Part shown: positions 51,180 through 64,000 of the stretch, piece after piece | How the letters are laid out: the number at the start of each line of letters is the position of its first letter | Position numbering within the stretch: the first letter of the stretch is position 1 | Assembly (NCBI GenBank): GCA_964304625.1 | Contig: OZ199838.1 | Location: forward strand, 11,309,608-11,373,607 | Direction: 5' to 3' | DNA length: 64,000 nucleotides | Origin: Kudoa neothunni | Taxonomy: Eukaryota; Animalia; Cnidaria | Program-made: the position numbers and the translations under genes | The notes under the pieces: model-generated | Seen by the model: the letters and a program-made list of their open reading frames with translations, nothing else | The model's database searches: none | Told to the model about the DNA's origin: nothing

Positions 51180-53217
51180 CAATGGGTGACGGCTAATTCG
51201 CACTTTTATTTGGCGCACGCGTAAAAGATTTGGGTCGATTTTTAAGAAATGTGATATTATCCTACTTTTTTAAAATAAAATTGGTTATTTTCGTTTGCTT
51301 AAATCCTTTTTTTGAGATTAGAAGCATTTCCTCTTCTAGTTTGTGAAGATAATCCAACATATTTGATCCATTCTTAATGAAGTATCCCTTTAAATATTCA
51401 AAGCATTTCAGCGCTTCTTTCGGTGGTATATGACACTATTTATATGATTCAGGTTCACAATCAGATAATTCTTCTACATCCATGGTTACAGCATTGTTTC
51501 CATGGTTGCCCTCAAATTCACAGACTTGGACGAGTTCTTCATCTTGGCATTGTATTATCTCTGGGTCATCGATTTTCATCCAAAACTTCATGGTTTACAG
51601 GTTCGTCTATGTATAATAGACAAGTTTGTATAAAATAGTAATAAGGATCTTCGTTACCATCGAATCTAAATCCAGCTTTCTTGAAACAATTGGATATTGT
51701 TTGGATCGTTACGTCCTCCCACGATTTTTTTACAAGTATCAACGCCTCTAATCAATCAATTGGCTTAAGTTCAAACATCATTCTCAACTAAAAATGTAGA
51801 TCTATTTATTAGATATCTTCTATAAACAGCTTTAAATGAATTAGTAATCCCTTGATCCATAGGTTGTGGAACACTAGCTGTGTTTTTAGGGGAAAATAAT
51901 AATTTAATATTTGATAATTGTAATGGTGAATGGCAACTCGCATTATCAAGAAATAGCGCAATTTTTTTGTTCTGCTCTTTGAAATTAGCGTTTAATTTAA
52001 CTAAATATTTCTTAAATATCTCCGAGATCATCCATGCTTTCTTATTGGAGAAGTAAGGGACTGGAGTATCTTTCAAATTTTTAAAACACCTTGGTTTTTC
52101 ATGATGACCAATCACTAATGGTTCCAATTTTTTCGCCTAATAATGATGCTTCCAATAAAAGCGTAACTTTTTTTTGATCGCTTTGAGCATTTTGCATTTA
52201 CTTCAGTTGATAGAACATAATTTCTTCCTAAATTAGGTTACCATAAATACGTTCGAGTGAATATAATGTATTGGTAAAATAGTTCTTAAAAAATTCCAAT
52301 GGGAATTTGTTGATGATTGACATAAATTAAATGTTGATATTAATTATTTTTTTAACGATATGTAACAAATTAATGATGTTTTTTGTCGTTTTTGTATATC
52401 TTATATATCTTACTGGGATGTTGCTGATAGAATAGACCTGTTTCATCAAGGTTGTACACTTGTTCAGCTTTATAATTTTTTCAATATATTTTTTAATTGA
52501 AGTTTCCAATCATCGACAGTTTCCATGTTTACCATGTTTGCCTCACCATGAAAATTTAGTCGTCGTAAATTAAATCTTTCTTTGAATCCACGAAACTAAC
52601 CATAGCTCATATCTTCCGCTTCCTTATTAATGTTTTTTTGCAAATTCATTTTCGTGTCGAAATAATTTCCAACGACGAAATTTCCAATTTTTTAGACCTC
52701 ATCCATATTAACCACTCAAAAACTTGTTGATCAATTTCATCATTTGAACCTTTTTTTCAGGGTTTATACGATTTTTCTTGAATACTCCGGTCTCAATGGA
52801 GCTCTTTATTTCCTCTTTTTTCAATAATATTCCATTCAAGTTGAAATAGAGGATAAACCAAAGTGTTTCACGGTGTGACTTTTAGCGTTTTTTTTGGAGG
52901 CTGAATTTCGAAATATTTAATAATATTATATTTTTTCAGTAGGTGTCATCCATTTATGCTTTCTTTGTTCATCCATATTTCTGTATTAAATGATACCGAC
53001 GCGCGCGTTGCATCCCTGCTCCAAGGAAATTAGTGCGAATTATCCACCAATGGGTTTAACTCATAAAAATTTTCTTATATTTAATAGGATGAAACATTTT
53101 AAAGTTGTATATCGTCATAATTAATATATTCTACTCATATATATATAATGATAAAAACCTCCAGGTTTATTTATTTTGGCGACAATGAAAAAAGTGCGAA
53201 TTAACCGTCACCCACTG
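51180..53217 (-). mobile_element. Full-length but decayed pogo/Tigger transposon (2.04 kb)
   Basis: 28-bp TIRs CAGTGGGTGACGGTTAATTCGCACTTTT (2 mismatches), TA TSD on both sides. DDE_1 remnants PLVIG...KPRCFK...YFSNKKAWM...LFLDNASCH...PKNTASVPQPMDQGI with multiple stops and frameshifts. Confidence 0.92.
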
Positions 53218-53580
53218 TATTTGAGCAAGAAGCTTGGACTAGTTGGACCATTCTGATGGGTGAATTAAGATATGCGCTTTCATTGAATTTATTGATGATA
53301 TCAACTTCCTTAATGGTGACTTAGATAATAAGTTGTTTTTTTACAATATTTAACGCAAGACCTTACTATTTGCTGAAAAATAATCCACGATAATTGAGCC
53401 GAACAATGCCAAACCAGATTAAGTTTTGTAATAGACGTAAAATTTACTCCAAATTCTATCGATAGAATCTACTAAACATTCCTAAGTAAATTAAAAATTA
53501 TTTTTTGAGTAAAGTTAAGAAAAAAGCCTAGGGTGTTTTCATCCCACCCCCCCCCCCCCCGCCCCCCCCCCTGTTTAGAG

Positions 53581-54310
53581 CAGTGTTTCCCAACCTTTTT
53601 CTCTATTGCGCCTCACTATTTTCTTAATAAAAATATTCGTGTCCACCTCTTTCAAAAATATCAATTTTTTAACTTAAACTGTTCGTAACTTTGAATAAGG
53701 CTCCCTGTCTCGTTAATATTTTATAGCTATTAAAATATATTTCTTTTCTAAATATAATTAAAATGTGTTCCACATGGATCTAACTTAATTTTTCGGTGGA
53801 ACTTAAAAATTAACATATTCAGTTATTCATTCCGTCAAAAACAGCGTCACGTGAAGCTCAGTTATTTCAATCTTCACTAGGAAAGGCGTTTGTGTATAAG
53901 GGGCTTATAAACTGAAAATAAGTAGTCAGTATTGAAAATTAATCAATATTATATTAGTTTTAAATCAAAAAGGGGGATATACGATTCTAAAAGAGATAAA
54001 GATTGAGATAGAATCATTTTGATTCTATTCGGATGAAGGACACTTTAAATTTTCTTATTAATTTCCATATAATTAGTCATTGCTTGCTGTAGTTTCTATG
54101 ATATTGATTGTCATTTATAAATAATCGATATCGAAAATCGTGATATTGACTTCAAAGTTCGTCAGACTGTCCAATTACTCTCCTTACTAACAATGTCACA
54201 CCAATACTCAAGATTTTTCGCGTCCGACCAGAGCGGTTCATTAAACGTTCAAAAATTTCTATGCCCACCAAAATTTTGTCGCGGCCCCGCCCAACGTTTG
54301 AGAAACTCTA
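53581..54310. mobile_element. hAT-type MITE next to a poly-C tract
   Basis: Left end CAGTGTTTCCCAACCTTTT preceded by GTTTAGAG. Degenerate right end TTTGAGAAACTCTA. C-run at ~53547-53571. Confidence 0.55.
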
Positions 54311-54461
54311 CGTTATAGAGTGAATTTTTACGTTAGATTAGACGGTTAATCAAAAACTATGATCCCTAATTATACGTTTTTGGTTAAAACAAGATTTGAC
54401 TCTGTAGGTCATAGATTAGCCAAATGTTGAGAAACATTACACTCTGTACTATAGCCTAGGT

Positions 54462-55040
54462 CAGGGGTTGGGAATTCTTTTTAGTAAGAGAGCCACACAA
54501 ACTACATATTTTTTTAACAACTATTTCCACGAGAGGCATAAAACATGTTTTAAAATTAAAAAAAAGTACATGCGCGAATTTTGTATAATTCCAACATTTT
54601 AAAGTAAAACAAGTCATTAAATTCTTTTTAAAACCATTGTTACGCTATTTCTGATCAATTAAGAATATTTCTCATCATCAATGTGACTTCTGGATCTACA
54701 TATGACTTTGTAGTGTGGTTGATACGCGGTAAGATTAAACTTCGTGCCAGCGTTGAGACTTCAATCCTTTAAACGTGACCGTAATTTGGTCTTCATGCCT
54801 TTAGGTGTAGAGAGGACTGCTCACACGCGTACGTAAAGCCAAACATTGTCCATTACAGCAATACTCTCACGCTGTTGTGGTGTGATACAGTAGGTAACCG
54901 ATTTTCCGGAATGACTGTTTCGTATGTTTGCAAAGAAGTTTAACGAAGGATTTTTTCAAATTGAAAATTTTTCTGCGAACCAGACGCAGCCATCCCAAAG
55001 AGCCACATCTGGCTTGCCGGCCATAGGTTCCCAACCCCCG
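54462..55040 (-). mobile_element. Non-autonomous hAT element with a transposase C-terminal remnant (hAT1-like)
   Basis: TIRs CAGGGGTTGGGAA / TTCCCAACCCCCG. TSD GCCTAGGT / GCCTATGT. Minus-strand remnant TMFGFTYACEQS...MKTKLRSRL...NLTAYQP...QKSH*. Confidence 0.88.
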
Positions 55041-55249
55041 GCCTATGTGAAATAATACGAGTTAATCACGGCCATCGATTTATTTGTTTTAAGATAAGTC
55101 GATACAATAATATTTGTCCTAAGACTCTGCTATCATGGATTTTTTCTGTTTGTTTTCCTTATTAATTTGCACATAAATTAAGTGTTGATTTATTTAGTAG
55201 TTACTGAATCATAATAATACTAACGACGATAAAAGATTGTATTTTAATA

Positions 55250-57186
55250 CTAGCACTAATGCCCAGCTTTGCCTGGTATTGTGTAATGGAAAATTTTAAC
55301 TTTTAGTTTTATTTCTGAATGGAGAAATTCTGCGGAAGATTTAATCTAGTTAGCACGGTAAGCCATGTAAATTTTATTTCTCAATTTTAATTGTTACATT
55401 TTAAAGCTTGTCATTATTTTTGCAATGTGATGATTTAGAAAAACCAAATTATGCGCACACTTTACATTCAAATATAAATAGAGGTATTGAGAGAAATTAA
55501 TGGGTACTTTTTAAGTTTATTTTACGAATTATTGTTCAATAATATAAGTACCTCAACTTTTATGAACAATGTAATTAACGACTAAATTTCATTTATTTAA
55601 CTAAAACAAAATCATTAAGTAATTTAAATAGGACTTTCAGTTCTTTTCAAAATTTTTGCGATAAAATTAATCTTTCTAGTTATAAAAATTTATTATTAGT
55701 CTACAAACGATAAAAAAATCAACTTAAAATGCGTCAGAAATAAAAAATGTTAATTGATACTTCCTTTTTTTTGCGATTTTATAAAGGATGTTAATGAGTG
55801 TTTTAATAAGCTGTGAGTGGTAACTTATGTATTCACTATTTTAACATAATTTCCCGATTTTTAAATAAATGAAACCTTTCTTTTGAAGAAAAATACTTAT
55901 TGGTTCAAAAATATACAAATTAATTAACAAAATAAGATTAAATCTAAAATTCAAAGGTGTTCTTGGTTTGAAAAATTACAGTAATGCTTAAATATCAACT
56001 GGTCTTCTCGAAGGAGTGAGCTCTTTTAAAAATAACGTACTATTCGATTGTCCTAAAATAATTTATTTTTATTGAATTATTCTTAGAATTAACGAAAACT
56101 TTGTGAAGATATCGGTTAGATCGGTTAGATCGAATAGTCCAATAATTTCTTATTAACTTACATGTCACATATTGAGAAGGGATTGTATTTTATGCAAAAG
56201 TAATCGTGAACATAAATTCTTAAACTACGTATAGAATGCGGTGACGTATATTTTCATGCAGCTTTTATATCATAATGAATTATTTTTAGCAAAAGGAAAA
56301 TTATGTATTGATTTGAATATTAACCTTTAGGTCTGGCTAGAGGTAAGGAATAATTATGTTACTAAGAACTTAAACATTATTTAAAAAAATTATCTCATCA
56401 AATATAGAAACTTATCGAATTAGTTATGCCAGCTGTTTTTCAAGTAAGTTTAGGAAGCCAAAAAATGAGTAAAAACATATCGAAAAGACGAATATAGTTT
56501 CAATCTCAATCGATATATTTGACAAAATAGAAATTTTCATTTAAGAAGTTACCATAAAAAATTTAATTTATTTGAAAACTCTACACACATCCTATATCGT
56601 TTTTAGAATGAGTATAGAGCCTCAAATTATTTCCAACATGGCAACAATTTTAAGCTCGAATTATGTATTTTCTTTAAATGATCATAATCTTGTTTACTTA
56701 ACTATATCCATAATGATTAAAAAGGGAAATAAATTCCTAAATAATTCGGTTATTCTTCAAAGTTTAAAAGAAATGCAACAACTCTTGTAAATGTAGTGCT
56801 AATAGTTTTATCTGTCTTAAAATTACTCCAAACAGACATATGTAACATTTTTGAAACATTCTATACCAAAATTAACCGATGTACCTAGTATATCGTGAGC
56901 AAAAAGTTCATTCTAATTGAGTATCACTATGAAGTAAACAAACATCAATATTATGCAGTACCTTTTAATCTGGTAATTGATGTAAACAACCAGAAAATTC
57001 CTTACTTCTGACTGCGGTATTAATTATATTTACACTTCTACGTAAACAAAAGATTTAAATTAATGATCTCATCTATTTAAATGCGAACTAAAAGCTGTAT
57101 TTAAAAAAAGTTTCTCCATGGCACATGCTTACTGCTGCAAACTCACACACTGACAGACAGATATAAGAACTTTGTGTATATATAGA
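55250..57186 (-). mobile_element. Non-autonomous Helitron
   Basis: Minus strand begins A|TCTATATATAC...TCTGTCTGTCAGTGTGTG and ends with hairpin CCAGGCAAAGCTGGG then CTAG|T. Insertion between A and T, no TSD. That these two ends belong to one element is inferred. Confidence 0.65.
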
Positions 57187-58149
57187 TGATTAGCATGTCA
57201 TTAAAATCAAATGCTTATATTATCTATTTATTTTGTTCAAAAAACAACTGTTTTAAGATATTATCATAAAGATAAATTAGAAACCCGATAACTAAATATC
57301 CCCATTCTTTCTAACGTCGTAATGTACATAAAATCAGTGGTTATCAATCACCTGTCAAATCTTACACTTTCAAATATATTTTCTGTGAAGGGTTTTGTTA
57401 TTTTTATGGAGGTAGAGTGCTAATTATCTATTGACTCTTTCTTTATCTTCTTTATTTCTTCCACTGTCGTGTAAAATTTAGTACTTTTAGAAATAATCCG
57501 ATTGATATTTTTAACTTCATTCCCATTATCATTATTGTTGTTGTTATTATCGTGTAAACCTGGAATGATAATAGAAAATGTAAAGTTTCTGAAATATAAA
57601 TTCTGAATCGAAAGATTTAACACAACCAAATTGAGGTAGGATGTTTGTTTTAAATAATATTTCATTGAGGATTTCACAAAACGTAACAATCTTATTTGTT
57701 AAAACAAGCAAATAAAACATAATTGCGAATATATTCAAGACCCAATCTATCCGATATTGAATATATGGTGATCATGATAATAGATATTAAGGTAAAATAT
57801 ATAATGAGTTTTTATATTTAATTATGAATAAGGGTTCAATAATTTAGTCTTTAGAATTTTAAAAAATTTATATAGAAATTTATTTCAACGAAATATAAAT
57901 TATTATGATTTGGACTTGAGTGGAAAAACAAATTCTAAATCTCAACAACAGCGATTCAATTAATATATACAAATCCCCACAAAATGACCAAATGGAATGA
58001 TGTAAGATAATTATTTACTGGAGTTCTGACATACATAACTGAATACTATTAAGGTTGTAATGAACCTAATTAAATTTTTCTATTGGAAAAACACGCACAC
58101 TTACATGCATTGGTATCTCCTGTGCTGTTTTTTATAAGTACCGTATTCT

Positions 58150-59100
58150 TGTATGATACGTTCGGTGAGAGTATTAATAAATGTTGTTTCTCCTAAGATA
58201 CTTGATGGCTATGCAGGATGATGGGGTCCGCACACATCCAAGTTACATTAGGTAGGCTCATGTCACTCTAGGTGAAATATTCGTTTATATTGATTGTAGT
58301 ATATTGGCAGAAAAAACCCCCAAAGTCCGAGTATTCTTAATAATACTGATACTGCACTTGGTCTCACGTAATGTTCTTGTTGACAAATTAGATTTTAACC
58401 AACGTTAGATATACATATGACGAAAAAACGTTTTTCGATGATTGAAACGCGTAGGAATGAACATTATTTCTACTGGCGATTGCAGCAATATCAAGTGTGT
58501 TAGGTGGTATTTCATTACTCCGGAATATTTATTTTTGAAGTAAGCAATTTGTTGATATATTCGAAATGGATTGGGATGTTTTCTTATAAAAAATTAAATT
58601 TTAATATAAAATTATTTATGGTGTTACTCCAAAAAATTGATGTTTTATTTCTAGAAAATGATCAGATTTCCTTGTGATCGTCTCATTATATTATTTAGTT
58701 GCATAAGTATCCCACCGTACACCATGCATTTGCACTAAACATTTCTTAATGACGGCTTTGTACCTTTTGATCAACAGTGTATACTCAAAACAAAAAAATA
58801 CTAAAGTCAACTAACTACAAAAAGTTTCATAACGCATGTGTACCTTATACGACTTATTACAGCTATATGCTCGTCATTCTTATTTCTAATCCAATTAGGA
58901 TGTAACTGCGGAATACTTTTGTTGTTTACCCATCAATAATCATTGCTATAGTCATTGGTATATGATATATATTATTGCGGAAACTTATCAAAAAGAGAAA
59001 AAACAGTATTTCAATAATCTTATTTGAATAATATATTACCAGTGAATAGATATACATGGTTGGTTGGTGCATCATTTCAGTGGATATTGATAATTACGGA
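58150..59100 (+). pseudogene. Decayed Helitron Rep (HUH endonuclease region) remnant
   Basis: Frameshifted motifs in Rep order: SP.Y..MQD, HLVSR..DKL, MIRFPC, PCICTKHF, NDGF, NACVPY, LLQLYARH, RY...WI. Confidence 0.5.
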
Positions 59101-59552
59101 AATTTTTGGGGGGATTACATATTATTTTGATATGGTTCCTATAGAAAAAGCCAAAAACTCAATCGATACCTTATCATAATTAATGACTGGTCCATCAGTC
59201 GTTTAAAATATATTTTTCCAATTAAACTTTTATCGAGTAGCTTGTGGATCGTCGTAATGCCAAAAAATGTTTTTCAAATCTAATATTTTTCTAACTAATA
59301 AGCTCACTTTATTATAACTGGTATAAAAATAATGATCGCGCGGCGACAACTCGCCGGCACAAAATAAGAAAATATACCATTATTTATACTTCTCAAAAAA
59401 TAACCAGATTTAATTATATTTCAAATTATAAGTTTTTCTAATAGATAAAAAAAGTTGAAATGTAACCATAATAATTATCACAAATATTATGGATTTTTTC
59501 CATTTTTCATTGATATTTGGAATTTTTACTCACATTTGGATTGCATAAGACA

Positions 59553-60244
59553 TCTACTATATAAAGCAAATCGGTAATCCGTGTGTGTCAGTGTGTACGC
59601 ATTTTTCATTCTTTATAAAGAGACATATCACTCCATCTGAGCACATATATGGAAGATTAAATTTTATTTTAACACAAAAAAATACGTAAAAAATTATAGA
59701 AGGTTTGAATCTTGCAAAATGACTAAAAACATTTTCACGCGATATGAGTGGTATGATTTCAGGATTTATGCAAACATATAGACCATTTCGTTAAAGTTAA
59801 TTTTAAATGTACCATAGTGTTTATTTTACCTTAAAATTATTGGAAAGTAATTTAGTAATTGAAATAGTTTAAATAAGGAATGTAATATTAGGATACGTAT
59901 CCATGTATTAATATGAAATTCATTTGTTGATGTACGACAAGATGGGTCGAATTCATATGGTATGATTTAGAGATTACTTCAAACAACAAGGAGAAAATCG
60001 ATATTTTAAGAGCTCTAAATAGGAAATTCAAACGCTCAATAGTGTTTATTCGTTTTTAAAAATATTAAATAAGGTTCATTGCGCTCAAAGAGTTAAATAA
60101 ATCATCAGTTAATTGGATAATCCTTGCACTATATATCTAAATACTCTGAATTTACTTAGAACTTCAAATGACCTTGACCTACTCAAGGCTTTAGTCTGCG
60201 TGGCTGGACAAGGAAGCCTACGCAAAGCTGGGCGTTTTCGCTAG
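59553..60244 (+). mobile_element. Non-autonomous Helitron (692 bp)
   Basis: A|TCTACTATATAAAG...GTGTGTGTCAGTGTGT start. 3' hairpin GCCTACGCAAAGCTGGGC then CTAG|T. Shares GCAAAGCTGGGC with the 55250 end. Confidence 0.75.
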
Positions 60245-60749
60245 TTATAAACATAGTATGTGCGGATCGTGGGCTCTTGCAATTTAGTCTCTCTTATTTA
60301 TCACTATGTTTGCATTTATATTCAAAAGTATATTAATAAAATAAACTTTTCTTGTAGCAATCATGTAAAGATTAAATACGATTAATCTAATCGATCATTG
60401 ACTTTAGTTTGTAGAAACAAACCATTTAGACAACGTGATGATAATACCAATGATTTCTGTCAATAATTAAAAAAAATTGCAATTTACACATCAAATTTTA
60501 TTACAATCAAAATCATTTTTCATTTTAATCAACCGTTTGGACGATTTTAAATAAAAACATGCAGAAAACTTTTTTAATGAATCATTATGCCTTAAGGAAG
60601 TGTTGCGTAACAAATAAATTATTTTCTGTATTCAAGAGAAGTAGGAATAAGAGTTAATAATCATGATAAATTTAATATACTCAATAAAAGATAACTAAAA
60701 GTTCGTAACATACTTATTATTTGGGTTTTGCTTTGAAAGAGTTGTAAAT

Positions 60750-61336
60750 ATTTTACTGGTGAAGCTCTGACATTCCTGAATCGTAAATCGGCGTTTCTAG
60801 ATCTATGACCGTAGATAACATTTGATAATTTCGTTTTCTGAAAAATTTGTACATTTTTCTCGAATAAATTAGATTATCATTCATAGAAATAGTAAATTTT
60901 TTGTGGTTATTTGTAATTTTCATTCCATTATGAAGTTTCATAATGGATTCTTTATTACCTAAAATCTTATTTAAAGAGGATAGATTTGAAGTTAAAATAA
61001 TTGAGAATTTTAGTTTATCTGTTTTCTCCATTCGATATTCTTTCATAATATGGCATTGTATCCACTTTATTTTTCAAAGAACGAAATTGCTTGGTTCTTT
61101 TCAACTTCCCACGACCCATCATTTGGGCAACTTTATTCTTAAGCTTAGCTTCCACGAATCGTAAATTTGAGCCAATTATTATATACAACGAATTAAAACG
61201 AAAACTAAGATTTTAATAATTTATTATAATTTTTATGCTTTTATTTGATTCATTTTAAATAGTAAAAGTATTGTGTAAGTCATTATATCATGACAGGTGT
61301 CCACGAGTGGTAGTGCGCATGAGCCATCACCTACTG
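60750..61336 (-). mobile_element. Truncated pogo/Tigger 5' fragment
   Basis: TA-CAGTAGGTGATGGCTCATGCGCAC terminus, related to the 51180 TIR. Psq-HTH-like remnant RMEKTDKL...NLSSLNKILGNKESI. Confidence 0.6.
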
Positions 61337-62624
61337 TATTAGATTGGATTTTGATGTCATAATAAAATTCCTTTTTTAATTGAATGTTTTATTAATTAAA
61401 TTTATTATTATGTTAATTTTCTTTTTTGTTAAATAAACTATTTAAAAAATTTATTTCGTCGTTTATAAATAATATGTCTGGCATATAAGGATACTAAAAA
61501 AATGTAGTTAGAATGTATAGATCATATTTTCATGAAATGTCTACAAACACATTATATTGTAGAATAAAAATCTTTAATTTCATATTAATTGATAATATTA
61601 TTTAATAAAATTCTTTCTGTATGGGAATTTCGGACGAATAATGCTTTCAATGTCTAGATATGTGTTATTAAATCGGAGAGTAAACTGGAGTGTTTGAAAA
61701 TAGCTTCAAGTTTTAATATCTAAATTAAATATAAAGTGTGCTTTGAAACACGCTCGTTCCACTTAAAGATTTTATGAATAATCTTATTGAAGTAATAAAT
61801 AATAAAAAGTAGAAAAAATTATGAAATCAAACCGTTATGTCATACAATTAAACGAGTCCAAGAAATACATGAATAGTTACGTGTCTAAAATTTAATGGAT
61901 AGACAAATTAACTCTCATCTGTATCAGTTTTTCAAGTTAAAGAACTTTTCGTTAGCACCAAAAACAAACGAACGAACGAGTGAGTGAGTATTGTCTGATC
62001 GTAACATATGTTGATCATTTGGGGTCGCTTGATGAGTTAACTTTGTTTCGTTCTCCATTTTGAAGTGTTCTATGTTACTCATAAAACAACAATATATAAA
62101 TTAATTCAATACAAATCGAATCGAATGCAAAGGTTAAAATAACATTTACTATCCTGAGGGTATCCTACACGACATGGTTCCGCGTTTTCCTGCGCCGTTC
62201 AAATTAGTAAAAAAAAATTTTCATGACCCATATTGTGAACACTGCTCTAAGTAAAGTAGCTGAAAAAATTACACCCCCAAATAAAAATTGGTTGGAAACT
62301 TACCCCACGATTTTATTTCGTGATTCTTTACGACTTAGAAATCGTTTTACCAAATAGAATGCCCCGTAATCAAATAGAACTCACATGTATATTCAAACAT
62401 GGTGGGAGACGCAAGGTTGCATGATCAGAACGGTTTCCACTAACCAAAAAATATTTTTAACGGTATTCTCAATTGCAGTGCTCATATTGCATAATATTAG
62501 ACTCAAAAATGTGAGTGTACTTATTGAACAGTGTAAATAAGGCGCGTAGAGGGTTAATTTGTTGTTCTTTAAATTTTCAAATAATTCGTCATAGAAAGTT
62601 GGATAAAATATAGCTGAATTAAAA

Positions 62625-62820
62625 CTTTTTTTGTTTATAAGCTTAAAATTTTAGGACAACTTCTTACGTTGTGAAGTTTTTACTAGTTAGACCACCTCTA
62701 TTAACGCTATATGCACCGCACGACGAGTAAAATCTACCCTCTCTCGCTCCTTATATCTCTGGAATAGTGTGGGATTTAACGCATTAAACATCCTTGTTTC
62801 AGGGAAACCACCAACCCAAA
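62625..62820 (-). repeat. Diverged second copy of the 3' half of the 17.3-kb retroposon
   Basis: Shared blocks TGGTGGTTnCnCTGAAACnAGGATGTTTAA..GTTAAATCCCACACTA and GCGGTGC..CTAAC..AACTTCA.AAC.TAA.AAGTTG..TAAACAAAA. Confidence 0.8.
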
Positions 62821-62899
62821 TCTTATCTATAAGAACTTTAGCTCTACAGAGATCGCAAGCCCGTTAATATATCCTCGACGATTGAAACTTCTAATTCAA

Positions 62900-64000
62900 C
62901 CTCCTATGCTAGATCGAACTTTAACTTCAGGTGAAATTTCACTTATGTGCAATTTCACTCTAACAACAGCTCCCATTACGAGAAAGGGACCCTCGCACGG
63001 AAACAGTAGACTGATCAGTAGCTGGAATCAAACCCAATATCTCCAGGTACTGAGTCCAGTTATCACACCACGGAGCTATTTTTTCATTGGTTTCTACATT
63101 AAAGCCTAGAGTCAGATTCGAAATATCCTTTATAACGGAGGAGTTATTCGTTACCATGAGAATAACCAGTCCCGGGAAGGGATTAAACGGATTCATGAGA
63201 ATAGCTACTGCAAAAAATAAATGTAAACTTCAAATTAACTTCTATTTAACATTTAAATTTTAATTAAATCTAAGAAAAAATTTTATGGGTAAAATTAGAC
63301 AAAATAAATAGATAACGTTATAATGGGGGAAAATTTACTTTAAGATTGCGATAATTGCGAAAAACATAAATTTTAATTTAATACACACCTTTTAATTTAT
63401 TATTGTTTGCAAAATAAGTGCTAACATTACACCTTCACTCACAAGGGTACGAGGCTGGGCTGGATTAGGCCGCTGCTTAAACTCTCGTACAAGTCATAAG
63501 AGATGTTAATTACCAATAATAATGCTAACAACTTTATAATAAATTTACTTATATAAAATTTAACAAATAATACTTTGAAATAGAAAAATTTCGTTAGAAG
63601 TTGAATTGACAAGATTAGAAGCCTCATTATCGTGTTAGACTTTCTCAAGCCTGGACTGCGAAATACGCTGGAAGTTAAAAAGCACGAGCTAACATAAGAC
63701 GGCGAAATAAAAATATTTCAATTTTTTCGTATATTCTAATAAATTGGGAGCATTGAAGGTTGAAAAAAGTGCAATTTAGGAACAATGAATTTATCAAATT
63801 GATTAATTTTCAATTTTCGGTAGATCGGTCGGATCACTTGATTATAAATGATGATTTTAGCATCGTTGCTATCTCTGAATAGCCTAATTAACGAACAATT
63901 ACACAAGCTTATGAATAGATCTATAAACATCAACACAAGTACATATATTCGTTGAACAAGTTTACGATGAGAAGTAATGAATCTTTGTAAGAGCTATCTC
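62900..64000 (-). CDS. Possible 3' exons of an unidentified multi-exon gene entering from the window edge
   Basis: Alternating coding-like blocks and 40-60-nt GT-AG candidates (e.g. DSSYKDSLLLIVNLFNEY|MLFRDSNDAKIIIYNQVIRP). I could not build a stop-free model and recognised no domain. Confidence 0.3.

Noticed and set aside
1-64000. Alternative genetic code or stop-codon readthrough
   Set aside because: All six host genes translate cleanly in the standard code once short introns are removed. In-frame stops are confined to TE fossils and the unresolved edge fragment.

Overview
AT-rich eukaryotic DNA, most likely from an animal: it has GT-AG introns, mostly 40-60 nt, uses the standard genetic code, and carries strongly diverged proteins. 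This would fit a compact-intron metazoan parasite such as a myxozoan, but the taxon is inference only. Six spliced genes could be rebuilt by hand: calcineurin B (minus), a ~2,800-aa spectraplakin-like rod+EF-hand+GAR protein with one 7.25-kb exon (plus), a TMEM14-like membrane protein (plus), gephyrin (minus, 17 exons) head-to-head with a TOX4-like HMG/Cys-motif protein (plus), and RTF2 (minus). A possible seventh gene runs off the right edge. The rest is mostly decayed transposons: pogo/Tigger, hAT, piggyBac (some nested), Helitron, and one Merlin (IS1595-family) element with an intact ORF. The most unusual items are: (i) a 443-bp GC-rich, highly structured retroposon with a TSD and a (CAAAA)n tail, inserted in a piggyBac end, with a diverged second copy at ~62.7 kb; (ii) the spectraplakin lacking a recognisable actin-binding head; (iii) very degenerate 5' splice sites combined with tight intron length; (iv) a hAT element resembling the horizontally transferred vertebrate hAT1 family. 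All homology calls are from motif recognition, not database searches.
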